Of a stretch of DNA of 63,007 nucleotides, positions 26,602 to 39,338 are shown piece by piece. Origin of the DNA: Microbotryum violaceum (Eukaryota); assembly GCA_001244265.2 (NCBI GenBank), contig CDLV01000011.1, positions 1,674,001-1,737,007 of the forward strand, read 5' to 3'. Position numbers and translations under genes: made by a program. Below the pieces are notes generated by a model. The model worked only from the letters and a program-made list of their open reading frames with translations. It did not search any database and was not told where the DNA came from. Positions within the stretch are counted from its first letter, which is position 1. Each line of letters starts with the position of its first letter.

Positions 26602-26945
26602 TTGTCAAAATGTTCTCATGTGGTAACTGATGAAGACCACGACTCAGTCCAATGGAACGGGACGAGAACAGAGTAAGTAGGATTCCAGAGAATGCATACC
26701 TGATGAAGACCACGACTCAGTCCAATGGAACGGGACGAGAACAGAGTGGCCAAAGGCTAAGGGACAAACTCCAGAAGGACTAGGAAGGGATGATAAGCGG
26801 AGATAATAAAGAGCTAATAGTGACTAAAAAAGGGTAAGACAAATGAGGTGCTGAAGGGATTCATGAAGTCGCTAGAGGCTCAAGATGAAGTACCATAACA
26901 GGTACTATACGTAGACTGAAGGACGATGTAACCATATAATGACAA
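26602..26945. mobile_element. 344-bp arm-specific insertion, probable solo LTR
   Basis: Absent from other U copies; TTGTCA...TGACAA ends, AGTATA duplication, internal 48-bp direct repeat (26627-26674, 26700-26747). Confidence 0.75.
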
Positions 26946-27471
26946 AGTATAGTTAACTCAGAACTTTGATTTGGTTGGACACGTTCCTGTTCTGTGGTGG
27001 TCGCCGGTTGTTTGATGCTGCATCTAGATAGAGTAGTATCAGAAGACTTTATTTACATGTGGAGAACCGTCACTTCAAGCAGTGCACAGTAAAAGTGTGA
27101 GAGAATGAGGGAGAACCTGGAAACCTCTGCCTTCTAATGTCAAATCACGTCGTTCTCATCTGTTCAACGGGTTTGATCCTCCGCCCCCAAAAACATGGAA
27201 ACCTCTACTTTCTTGTCGACGGGGTAACCCTTGGAATCCATTTAATCGATGCAACCGCGCGAGGCTAGCGGAAGTCAGACCGTGCGAAAGGCGGGGTGAG
27301 AAACGGTGCGATGTGCCCAATCGACAGGGCTGGCCGTGTGGGCTGGCTTAACAGCGATGAGTAAAGAGGAGCTGATGAGGCGGTGGCCCCGCACCGGTTG
27401 CGACGGTTGGGAACGACGCTCTGGGCTGAAATTGTCAATAGAAGCATACGCTGATTCGGTAAATTACAACA

Positions 27472-30206
27472 CTACCCTAACTAGTAAAAAAAAAGTGTGA
27501 GTTAAGGAATGTACCTAAAATCGCTGTTTTTAACTAGGTTGCGGCCCTCCGGGCCGCCTGTGGTGGATTCACCAGAATACTGTTGTGTCTGCCGCACCTG
27601 CCTGTGGTGTCCATGTTTCGATCAGAAGTCATGTACAAGCGCTGTGGTGGCTTTTGTATTTTCTGCGCCGTTCCAACGAAGCTACAGCGCTCCCAGTATT
27701 TTCCTTCTTTTTTTCGCTCACGTAAAACAATGCTTCCACTCATATGGTATTTAATGAACCGCAAGCGCGTGGCTTTGCATGATATTGCTTCTACAGCAGA
27801 GCTCTGCCTGACGTGCGAGGCGAGGGCTGGCGTTTGTCACGTGATGCGGTGCGCCGGCGGTGTCAGTGTCATTCCGGCAGTCGACCAGCGGCATTAGGGG
27901 CTGAACAACCAATTTGCCCGTATGGCATTCGACCAGCGGCATTAGGGGCTGAACAACCAATTTGCCCGTATGGCATTCGACCAGCGGCATTAGGGGCTGA
28001 ACAACCAATTTGCCCGTATGGCATTCGACCAGCGGCATTAGGGGCTGAACAACAAATCAAACCACGTAAATAATCCTGCGCCACTCCCTCGAACCTTTCC
28101 TTTCTCCCTCTCACTCTCATCCAATTTTAGTGACACTCATTCAAGAACAAACCCTCGCTGCTATGTCCCGGTCCCAAGGTCGCCAGGGACTCAGGGAGGG
28201 CCATCGCAACCTCGCCAAGTCTTGGGCGCGAGGGTAGCGCGGTAGCGCGGTACCACGGGCCCGCGGCTCGACCCTCCTCTTCGTCCCGCACCGATCAACG
28301 AGATCAGTCCCCCGCGCGTCATGACAACAATGCAACCGATCTTGGCATTGCGACACGTATAAGAGCCCGCCGTGCAGCTGTGCAGAACGGACAGCGTGGT
28401 CAGCGCGATGGCCAACTCGACGCTGGGCTCGCCCCACCAACCACCTCCGCAAAGGCAAGTGCGCCGGGCTCGAATCGCGCTCAAACCCCTCAAGCCCCAC
28501 GTTTTCGCAGGGCAAGGTGCAGCTACCTCCCCCTCCCCAGCCCAATCTCGAGTATCGGCAGCTTCTTCAAGGCTCGGATAGCGGTCAGTTGCTCCGTCCA
28601 ACAACATTCGTCTGCAGTAGACCCACATGCTGAATTGTGCGATGCACCTACACAGACGCTAAAGCATTCCGCGAGAATGCCCGGTCTTACAATAACGCGT
28701 TGTCGTTCACTTCGCTCGCTGCCCTCTGGGACCAAACTCAAGTGGGCACGCTAGGACCCCCCGTGTTTCGCGTGTTCGGTCGCCTCTATCATCGACTCGG
28801 CGCTCTGATCCCTGCGGTGAATCAATGCCCAGCCTTTACTCAGACATGGCTCATCGAGCCGGCCGAGGCCACCAACACACGACTTCAAGGACCCGACAGC
28901 GCAGAGACTCGCATTCAAAGATCAACGCTGACCAAGCTCGAGTCCATGTTGCGCACCGGCAATCGCTTTGTGAGGGAGTTCGCATCGGCCAAACCTCGCG
29001 CAGGTTGGGATACGGCCAAAGAGTGGATCCTGCGCCTCTGCCTCCCGCCAGGCCGGGACCGACGCACCCACAACCTTCCTACGTCAGCACGGAAATGGCG
29101 ATGCTTATCTGCGATTCCGACACCAACACGGGAGATCGTGGACCGCAAGACCTTATTCTCCAGGTGCACGGTGATCGATGTCCCGATGGTCGGCCCAAGT
29201 ACCAAATCGTTAGCTCGCTCCATCCGTCTGCGATGCCTCTCCGGTACCCACTACTCTTCCCCGCGGGGAAGATGGCTTCCACCCCAACATTCCTCTTTGC
29301 GGTTTCAACCAAGCTGGGCCGCCCATCGCCAGAAACCGAGAGCAGATCGACAATGGTGTCCAATTGCGCGAGCTACTTGACGGCCTTGGTCCAGATGAAG
29401 AAGACGAACAGGAGGACGATGAGGATGAAGGCGACGAGGAGGACGAAGAGAATGGTGATGGTGAACGTAAGCTAAGCGTCTTCGGCTCATTCTCATATAC
29501 CTCTCTGTTGAGACGCACCCTCAGACTGACATAAATTGTTTGAAAATCTAGGACGAAGATCAAACAAGAGGGGTCGAGGTGGATCAACCCGAGTTTCGCG
29601 TTCCCAATACTTTGCATATCACTTGCACGAACGCGACGACTACTTCTCCATTCCGCATGTCACCCAGCGTCTCTTCCTCGAGTTCGTGATTGACGGATAC
29701 TCCCAAGTCGAGACCGATCGACTCAACTACATCCGGTTGCATCAAGAAAGTCTGCGCCTCACCACGGCCCAAGGCATCACCGACGCTGTTGCCAACGGCC
29801 TGACCCCGGATCAAATTGGACGTTCGGTGATTTTGGGCTCGACGTTCAAGAATAGCCCGCGCGAGATCACGCAGCGCTACCAAGATGCGATGGCTTGCGT
29901 CGTCAAATATGGAAAGCCTTCGCTGTTCATCACGGTGACGTGCAACCCCGAATGGCCGGAAATCAAGGCTGCACTGGGGCCGAACGACAAAGCATGCAAC
30001 CGTCCGGATCTCATTGCACGAGTGTTTGAAGCCAAGTCCGGCAACAAGCGACACGCAGGCTGTTTCGGCGATGAATGTAAGATGAATATATTTTGTTTCT
30101 TTGCTGTACTTCGTGTTTGACCTCTGCGCTAATACCATGTAGACTGTTCGATTATCCTGCTATTTTTTGAATTTCATCCTCCGTTAATTTAACGGGTTCC
30201 CACTGG
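27472..30206 (+). mobile_element. Non-autonomous Helitron (type B, internally deleted)
   Basis: RepHel N-terminus through FITVTCNPEW..RPDLIARVF; HUH motif and helicase absent; intron ~29468-29550; 3' palindrome + CTGG|T. Confidence 0.92.
27882..28056 (+). repeat. 48-bp minisatellite (~3.6 units)
   Basis: Same unit as 8023; ~2.6 units at 37476-37604. Confidence 0.9.
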
Positions 30207-32645
30207 TTCGACAAGGAATGAAACCATGTTGTGAAGGGGGAAAACGGATGGCAGCACTTTGTTCAGCCTTGCTACGAGGACCTTGGTCATCAACTTGTAC
30301 GAGCACTCGCGAAGCGTGATCGGGCGGTAGTACTTGGGGTCCGAGTAGTCAGCGTCAGGCTTTGCCTTTTTGAGGAGGCGAACAATTCCTTTGGTCATCG
30401 ATTCAGGCAAAGCACCTTTCGTCCACGCCTCGTTGCAAGTCGAGGCCAGTAGCTCCGCAAAGACGGTTGGGGAGGACCGATACATCTCGTACGGTAGCCC
30501 GCTCGATCCTGGACTCCGGCCCTTGTCAGTCTTGACAATTGCGGCTGAAAACTCGTCGGCAGTGAAAGGTTCCTCGAGCAGCTTGGCGTGTCGCGCAGTC
30601 ATCGGCCTCATGAACCTTGAATCGGAGTGCTTCTTGCCTCTTGGTAAAGCGCGTCCTACGGGATCAAGAAGGGTAGAGCGAGCAGCTTCGACTTGAGCGG
30701 GATCGCGATCATCTGGCGTGTGGTGGTCTTGGAAGTATGCTCGCACGTGGTCCGAGCACTTGGTAAGGTCCTTTGAGGGCGACCTATCCGCCAGACGAAG
30801 GGTGTCGATCTTGATAGCCGTTCGGCAAGCAGCGAGTCGTGCATGGACCGTGTGGGAGAGCTGCTCCTCCGAGCTGAGTTCCAGGATGTGCGCACGAATC
30901 CTCATTTGACGGGTTCGGTCGAGGATCAAAACCTTGGTCATGGCCACCAGATCTTGCCATTCGGCTCGTCTCCTGTCGTCAAAAGTACCGAGTGCTTCGA
31001 CCTCATGGATAGGACGCTCAAACGTTTCCTTTGTCGCCGAAAATTGCCGATTCAGGTGGCGAGCATGGTCACTCGAGGCAGATCTGAGTCGAGACATCGC
31101 TTTCTCAAAAGCCGCAAGCGGATCGAACGGGTGGGACTCGCGAAATGCGTCGATGATGAAAGGTATGCGAGCTGCAAAGGCTTCGTCAGCGTAGACTCGT
31201 ATGGTTCCCACTGTGATCAACTCTTTAATCCGTGCTCCTGTACAAATACAATGGAAGGGGGTGGAGAGGGAAGAGAGGTAGACGAGGAAACGCTCCTGGC
31301 GCCCTAAGTCAGCAATAGAGTTTACATTGAAGGTGAAAAGGTGGAGCTGGTCCAAGTGAGGTCGAATTGGTGGTACAATCATTTTGGGAAGTTCTTGATT
31401 TGTGTCCATCAAGGACACTGTACCAGAAGATAGAGGAGAGGGTGCGAGCGCTGTTCCCTTCGGGACGCGAGTGGTCGGCCTTTCGTACGGTGCCGGTCTC
31501 TTGGAGCGTGGTGAAGTTGGAGGTGCCAACGACGAGAGAGGTGTTGAAGACGAGATCGGGCTCGAATCAGCCGAGCTCAAGTGCGATGATACCGGGGTCG
31601 ATAGAGCCGCCGCCAGCCCAAAGTCCTGTTCGGTTTAGATGATAACGCGCTCGACCCCTGCTCTACTTCCATTGTTTGTTCATCCTCCGTCTCCTCTTCT
31701 TTCTGACTTCCATCCTCCTCCTTTTCCGCCGGACCGCTCCTCATCTCCTCTTTCTGACCACCCTCCCCCCCCCTTCGGCCATATTTTCCTCATTTTCCTC
31801 ATCCCCTTCCCCTTCCATGTCCTCCTCTTCCAATCCCGCAAAGGCGTTGGTGAGCGTCATCCCGTTTGCCCCCGTAGCCGGACTGAGGGTGGTAGTCGGT
31901 CGGGCCTTGCTGCTCTGGGTGGCCGTCGCCCATCCATCGCCGGTGCCCCTGTCCGAGGTCGCTCGAGGTTTGGAAGCGACCGCGCGGTTGAGTCCGACCA
32001 CCTGCCGTTGGATCTTGGCTTTGCTGGATCGGACAGACGGAACGAACATGTCCTGGACGGCGACAGTAGCCGCAGAAACTCACTTGAAGATCGTTGTTGA
32101 GAGCGACTACCGCTCCTTGCCTGTTGGTGAGGTGGACCGGCAAAAAGGTGTTGAAGTCTATCGGACATCCTTCATCGCTTCTTCCGGGAGTTGTACATAG
32201 CACCAGTAGTCGCCACTGAAGATGAGTTGGAGTGGTTCGTCTGGAACTACGTCGAGGTTGCGTTGGAAATGTAGGATCTCCGGGTTCGCGATCTTCGTTC
32301 CCCAGGTGTTATTGTAGGTCTCGGCACTTTTGCGGAGGTCAACGCGGATGCCGTTGAGCCAGAAGTCCGGGTCGTCTCGGTCGGAGTGACAACGGAGCCT
32401 GATCTCGACTAGCCTGTCGATGGGGGAGTGAGGGAGGGTGATCGTCGTTGGCGAGCCCCTGTACTGGAAAGCCGGACGTTGGCAGGCGCGAGCGAAAGCC
32501 TCAGCGTTACGGAAGTTGATGTCGTATGTGTGGACGGCGTGGTTGCGGCCTTTCGACGGGTCGGCCGGGATGACACGCGGCGAGATGCCGCAGATATCGG
32601 AAAGGAGGTGATCAAATTTGGGTTAGGGATGGAGAAGAGGCACAT
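30207..32645 (-). mobile_element. Degenerate LINE (ORF1 with zinc knuckle, deleted ORF2), cut off at Helitron 3' end; 5' boundary approximate
   Basis: CGYCRRPGHVRSVC; FTFNVNSIA (APE endonuclease start); SPGSSGLP, YRPITL, QHGF at the junction. Confidence 0.85.
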
Positions 32646-32810
32646 GGATTTGGGTTTCGCCGTGTTGTATAGTGTGCGATGAGCGCTTTTTCGACGTTGG
32701 TCGCAAGACTAAGGGTGATAGGGATGGTGTCGGGCTGGACTATATCGCGGTAATCGGTTTCGGATCCTTTCAACTTCCTGGAGGCGTCTTTCATCGCCAT
32801 GGCGGAGGTA

Positions 32811-33095
32811 GGTGGGTAGAGAGGATGGTGATGGTGGACATGGAGCATGCGCCCCGCGTTGGGGCCAGGGACGATATTGAGCTCCTTGCAGAAGAGCAGA
32901 CGTTCAGCAAGGTCTCGTTGTTGTTCTTGGATCGTCAGCTCATGGGCAGCCGTGGCAGCCATGGCGGCGGTGATGACGATCCAAGAACAACAACGAGACC
33001 TTGCTGAACGTCTACTCTTCTGCAAGGAGCTCAATATCGTACCTCAACGCGAGGCGCATGCTCCATGTCCACCATCACCATCCTCTCTACCCACC
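32811..33095. repeat. Local inverted repeat (~125-bp arms, 36-bp loop)
   Basis: 32811-32937 is the near-exact reverse complement of 32974-33095. Confidence 0.92.
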
Positions 33096-33976
33096 AGAGG
33101 CCCTCAGGAGGTCCAAGCTCAAAACACCCCGTCGTGTCTGGGCGGCAAGGAATGCCTGCGACCGCGCGCTGGCCTCATATAGGCTGGTCTAAAGCCATTC
33201 GCGCGCCAATAATAATGAGCCAGGCTGAGCAATGGCTGAGCCAGGAGGAAGCCCGGCGTCGAAAGCATGCGCACTGCTGGCCGCTCTCGCCTCGGGCTCT
33301 GACTTCCTTTCCTCACAGTGTAGTTCGCATTACTCCGACACTCCGCCGTCAAACCTCTACCGGTAAGCTTTCATTTCTTCGAACTTGGGGCACCTGGACC
33401 TGCACTCGACCCACGACTATCGATCGGTGGAAGGGAGGAAACCACCCCGCGAGCGTAGGCGTCCTGGACACAGGCGCGGCGGGGGCCAGCGCAGGGCCTT
33501 TTTTCCAGCCTGATCGTCGCGTGCGAGAGAGCGAGCGGACGAAGCCCACCCCAAAAAACGTCGATTGGGGGGACGACGCAACGAATGCGGTCGAATGAAT
33601 CGTACGGATCGTTTCAGGATCGTTTGGGAGGAAGCTAGGACTGGGGATGGGTCATTGGGAGTGGAGGGTCGTTGTGCTTTGGCGGCTGGATCTTGGGGCT
33701 CGGGTGCGACGCAATGCGGGCGTGAGGACGACTTTGGCTGGGCCCGCCAAATTCAATTCAGCGTCTTGGCGCAGGAGAAGCTGAGCCGGGGAAGAGGAAA
33801 CAGGCCATGGCGCTGCCTCGCTACTGTGACTGCGACCATTCCATCCAACACAACCATCACCGCTACTTGATCGCACACCGTCACGCACCACCACCACCCT
33901 CACAGCGCTTGATGAGAGCGAGGACTGGACGCTGATCAGCCCACCCACCTTTTGTCGGATCCTACACAGACCCATC

Positions 33977-34668
33977 ATGATTATCACCAAAGCCGACCGA
34001 AAGGTCATCGTGAGTGCAAGCGACTGTACTCTCCATCAAGGGAGACCAGACCGCTGACCTAGGCAGTTCTTAACCCTTCACCCTCACAGTACGAGGCTCT
34101 CTTCAAGGGTTCGCCGTCACTCCTCTGCTCTCGCTTACACTCGCATGTGTGCTCACAATCCTTTCCCTGGTGCTCCACACAGACGGTGTCCTCGTCGCCA
34201 AGAAGGACTACAATGCCCCCAAGCACTTGGAGCTCGACGTCAAGAACCTGCTCGTCATCAAGGCGTGCCAGTCCTTGACCTCGCGCGGCTACGTCTCGAC
34301 CCAGTTCTCGTGGCAATACTACTACTACACCCTCACCCCGGAAGGCATCGACTACTTGCGAGAGTTCCTCCACTTGCCCGCCGAGATCGTCCCCGCTACC
34401 TTCAAGAAGCAGGTCCGAGCCGCTCGCCCCGGTCAACAAGCCGGTGCACGACCCGACGGCGCTTACCGCGCTCCCCGAGGTGGCGACGAGGGTTACAGGC
34501 GTCGTGATGACAAGAAGGAGGGTGCTGGAGACGACTTCCGTCCCCGATTCTCGTGAGTTGCTCGCCATTTGCCCGCCCCTCCGATCTAGCATCTGCGACT
34601 GAACTTTAGCTTCGTCTTCTCTCATCAGGGGTGTCGGCCGTGGTGGTCCCCGTCCCACCGAGGCTTAA
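33977..34668 (+). CDS. RPS10: 40S ribosomal protein S10 (eS10), 153 aa; exons 33977-34009, 34090-34108, 34183-34552, 34629-34668
   Basis: [32 protein letters not shown]...[31 protein letters not shown]; canonical GT-AG introns, intact frame. Confidence 0.97.
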
Positions 34669-35334
34669 ATTTGATTCAAGTCTCTGGGATTATGTAAAGA
34701 ATGGGGGCTAGGTGTGCCTGCGATTACGCTTTCACTCTTTGTAGGGAGGAAAGGAGGACGCCGCGAGGATCTCGGTTCGGTTCTTGTGCTTTCTTGTTCT
34801 TTTTTTCGAGATGGAACGCGCAATGACAGAAACAAAACAAAACTCTTCCTTCGAAGGAAGTGTGTTAACCTTCAACCAAAACCCTTCTTGGCGCATAGTC
34901 GGACAATCTCGTCAGTTGGTCGATCTCGACCAGAACCACTCTTCTCTTTCCGAGAGTTGACGATTCGGACTCGGGGCGACGACTCGCTAAAGTCGGGCCA
35001 TTCCTCGCCACAAACGGTGATTGGGAGGTTCTGCATACAAAACGATAGCCTAACGGTTCGTACCCATCGGCCTCCTCAGATCCGAGGCGAACGATCGAGT
35101 AAAGGTTACCACGATATACACGGTCCAGCTCCGAGCTCGAACAAAATTCAGTTCGACGAGGTAGCGGCTGACTAGCTGACTTTGGGGAGTTTCATCTTGC
35201 GAATTGGTGATGATTGTACAAACATTTCCTACCCAAATGAAAATCACCGGCACCGGCACCGGTCACTTTAATTTTACTTGCGCTGAGCAGCCCGTGGACC
35301 CGGGCTGCCGAAAACGCAAAGTAGTTTCGCAAGA

Positions 35335-38013
35335 CCAGTGGGAACCCGTTAAATTAACGGGAGGATGAAATTCAAATAGCAGGACAATTGTACAGTCTAC
35401 GCGATTTCAGGTTAAAAACCCCAATACGAAGAAGAAACAAAATCCATTCATCCTACATTCATCGCCAAAACAGCCTGCATGTCGCTTGCTGCCAGACTTG
35501 GCTTCAAACACTCGTGCAATGAGATCCGGACGGTTGCATGCTTTGTCGTTCGGCCCCAGTGCAGCCTTGATTTCCGGCCATTCGGGGTTGCACGTCACCG
35601 TGATGAACAGCGAAGGCTTTCCATATTTGACGACGCAAGCCATCGCATCTTGGTAGCGCTGCGTGATCTCGCGCGGGCTATTCTTGAACGTCGAGCCCAA
35701 AATCACCGAACGTCCAATTTGATCCGGGGTCAGGCCGTTGGCAACAGCGTCGGTGATGCCTTGGGCCGTGGTGAGGCGCAGACTTTCTTGATGCAACCGG
35801 ATGTAGTTGAGTCGATCGGTCTCGACTTGGGAGTATCCGTCAATCACGAACTCGAGGAAGAGACGCTGGGTGACATGCGGAATGGAGAAGTAGTCGTCGC
35901 GTTCGTGCAAGTGATATGCAAAGTATTGGGAACGCGAAACTCGGGTTGATCCACCTCGACCCCTCTTGTTTGATCTTCGTCCTAGATTTTCAAACAATTT
36001 ATGTCAGTCTGAGGGTGCGTCTCAACAGAGAGGTATATGAGAATGAGCCGAAGACGCTTAGCTTACGTTCACCATCACCATTCTCTTCGTCCTCCTCGTC
36101 GCCTTCATCCTCATCGTCCTCCTGTTCGTCTTCTTCATCTGGACCAAGGCCGTCAAGTAGCTCGCGCAATTGGACACCATTGTCGATCTGCTCTCGGTTT
36201 CTGGCGATGGGCGGCCCAGCTTGGTTGAAACCGCAAAGAGGAATGTTGGGGTGGAAGCCATCTTCCCCGCGGGGAAGAGTAGTGGGTACCGGAGAGGCAT
36301 CGCAGACGGATGGAGCGAGCTAACGATTTGGTACTTGGGCCGACCATCGGGACATCGATCACCGTGCACCTGGAGAATAAGGTCTTGCGGTCCACGATCT
36401 CCCGTGTTGGTGTCGGAATCGCAGATAAGCATCGCCATTTCCGTGCTCGACGTAGGAAGGTTGTGGGTACGTCGGTCCCGGCCTGGCGGGAGGCAGAGGC
36501 GCAGGATCCACTCTTTGGCCGTATCCCAACCTGCGCGAGGTTTGGCCGATGCGAACTCCCTCACAAAGCGATTGCCGGTGCGCAACATGGACTCGAGCTT
36601 GGTCAGCGTTGATCTTTGAAAGCGAGTCTCTGCGCTGTCGGGTCCTTGAAGTCGTGTGTTGGTGGCCTCGGCCGGCTCGATGAGCCATGTCTGAGTAAAG
36701 GCTGGGCATTGATTCACCGCAGGGATCAGAGCGCCGAGTCGATGATAGAGGCGACCGAACACGCGAAACACGGGGGGTCCTAGCGTGCCCACTTGAGTTT
36801 GGTCCCAGAGGGCAGCGAGCGAAGTGAACGACAACGCGTTATTGTAAGACCGGGCATTCTCGCGGAATGCTTTAGCGTCTGTGTAGGTGCATCGCACAAT
36901 TCAGCATGTGGGTCTACTGCAGACGAATGTTGTTGGACGGAGCAACTGACCGCTATCCGAGCCTTGAAGAAGCTGCCGATACTCGAGATTGGGCTGGGGA
37001 GGGGGAGGTAGCTGCACCTTGCCCTGCGAAAACGTGGGGCTTGAGGGGTTTGAGCGCGATTCGAGCCCGGCGCACTCGCCTTTGCGGAGGTGGTTGGTGG
37101 GGCGAGCCCAGCGTCGAGTTGGCCATCGCGCTGACCACGCTGTCCGTTCTGCACAGCTGCACGGCGGGCTCTTATACGTGTCGCAATGCCAAGATCGGTT
37201 GCATTGTTGTCATGACGCGCGGGGACTGATCTCGTTGATCGGTGCGGGACGAAGAGGAGGGTCGAGCCGCGGGCCCGTGGTACCGCGCTACCGCGCTACC
37301 CTCGCGCCCAAGACTTGGCGAGGTTGCGATGGCCCTCCCTGAGTCCCTGGCGACCTTGGGACCGGGACATAGCAGCGAGGGTTTGTTCTTGAATGAGTGT
37401 CACTAAAATTGGATGAGAGTGAGAGGGAGAAAGGAAAGGTTCGAGGGAGTGGCGCAGGATTATTTACGTGGTTTGATTTGTTGTTCAGCCCCTAATGCCG
37501 CTGGTCGAATGCCATACGGGCAAATTGGTTGTTCAGCCCCTAATGCCGCTGGTCGAATGCCATACGGGCAAATTGGTTGTTCAGCCCCTAATGCCGCTGG
37601 TCGACTGCCGGAATGACACTGACACCGCCGGCGCACCGCATCACGTGACAAACGCCAGCCCTCGCCTCGCACGTCAGGCAGAGCTCTGCTGTAGAAGCAA
37701 TATCATGCAAAGCCACGCGCTTGCGGTTCATTAAATACCATATGAGTGGAAGCATTGTTTTACGTGAGCGAAAAAAAGAAGGAAAATACTGGGAGCGCTG
37801 TAGCTTCGTTGGAACGGCGCGGAAAATACAAAAGTCACCACAGCGCTTGTACATGACTTCTGATCGGAACATGGACACCACAGGCAGGTGCGGCAGACAC
37901 AACAGTATTCTGGTGAATCCACCACAGGCGGCCCGGAGGGCCGCAACCTAGTTAAAAACAGCGATTTTAGGTACATTCCTTAACTCACACTTTTTTTTTA
38001 CTAGTTAGGGTAG
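35335..38013 (-). mobile_element. Non-autonomous Helitron (type B), mirror copy
   Basis: Mirror of 27472-30206; palindrome at 35345-35361, CTGG|T end at 35335. Confidence 0.92.
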
Positions 38014-39338
38014 TGTTGTAATTTACCGAATACAGGCCCAGCGTATGCTTCTATTGACAATTTCAGCCCAGAGCGTCGTTCCCAACCGTCGCAACCGGTG
38101 CGGGGCCACCGCCTCATCAGCTCCTCTTTACTCATCGCTGTTAAGCCAGCCCACACGGCCAGCCCTGTCGATTGGGCACATCGCACCGTTTCTCACCCCG
38201 CCTTTCGCACGGTCTGACTTCCGCTAGCCTCGCGCGGTTGCATCGATTAAATGGATTCCAAGGGTTACCCCGTCGACAAGAAAGTAGAGGTTTCCATGTT
38301 TTTGGGGGCGGAGGATCAAACCCGTTGAACAGATGAGAACGACGTGATTTGACATTAGAAGGCAGAGGTTTCCAGGTTCTCCCTCATTCTCTCACACTTT
38401 TACTGTGCACTGCTTGAAGTGACGGTTCTCCACATGTAAATAAAGTCTTCTGATACTACTCTATCTAGATGCAGCATCAAACAACCGGCGACCACCACAG
38501 AACAGGAACGTGTCCAACCAAATCAAAGTTCTGAGTTAACTATACTTTCCTTTGCTGCCCAACCCAATTAAAAGTCTGGAATTTCCACACCTCGAAAATG
38601 TGTTGACCATAAAATACGAACCCTTGATGGTCAACACTAGCGCTGGCGGATATGGGTACGGCCGCTAGTTCTAGGGCAGCACCGGCACGCCGCAGCGGCT
38701 CGATTGCTTGGACCTGCTCCTGACTCTGAAGTGGCAGAGTGCAAAGTCAACGTACACCACGGGTTAGTATCACACTTCAGCCTTCTTGGGAATAGATCTA
38801 CGTATCGTAACGACGTGGCCGAAATCCGCATCGACGCCTTATAATCAGAGCCGGACTCCGGTAGACTCAAGGCTTCCCTCCGAAGGGTGTCCGCCAACAG
38901 TGTCCCAGACGTATCCGTGTGCGATTCCGCGTACTCGAAGTTAGCAGAAGGATCCCACGGTTTCTGATCATTTAAGCGCGTACTTTCGCCATTGGAACGC
39001 ATGGGCTGGTCGTGCTTGCAGTGCGCCAAGGGGGCGCAATGACATTATGTCATGCTTGATCGTCTCGGCCATTTTGTGCGAGATGAATTGGTCCGCCGGT
39101 TCGAGGATTGAAGCAAGCATCGTGATACCACTGTGAATGGGTGCAGGGCCTTGTGCGTTATGAAGGGATCTCCTGGATTCAACCCCACACGGCTGCGCCA
39201 GAACGGGTGAGCAATTTGTTCCGCATCCATACATAATGCCGCGAGTAAATGGTGCATTTACCAATTACGCGCGCGCGTCTACCCCCGACTTAATTTTGAC
39301 GCCGATTTGGCCGACTTGAAAAAGGAAACTCCTATTGG

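Noticed and set aside
26627-26747. Tandem hammerhead ribozymes (CTGATGA...GTCC..GGAC)
   Set aside because: GAAA core is replaced by GAGAA and stem II does not directly follow CTGATGA
27751-28120. Repeat-peptide ORFs as pheromone or RiPP precursors
   Set aside because: Translations of the 48-bp Helitron minisatellite in several frames; no CAAX end or signal peptide
33910-33935. Box C/D snoRNA upstream of RPS10
   Set aside because: TGATGA and CTGA are only 16 nt apart, too short
35287-35308. GC hairpin GCAGCCCG/CGGGCTGC as Helitron terminator
   Set aside because: Unique to this flank and not followed by CTRR; all copies share the CCCGTTAA palindrome + CTGG|T end instead
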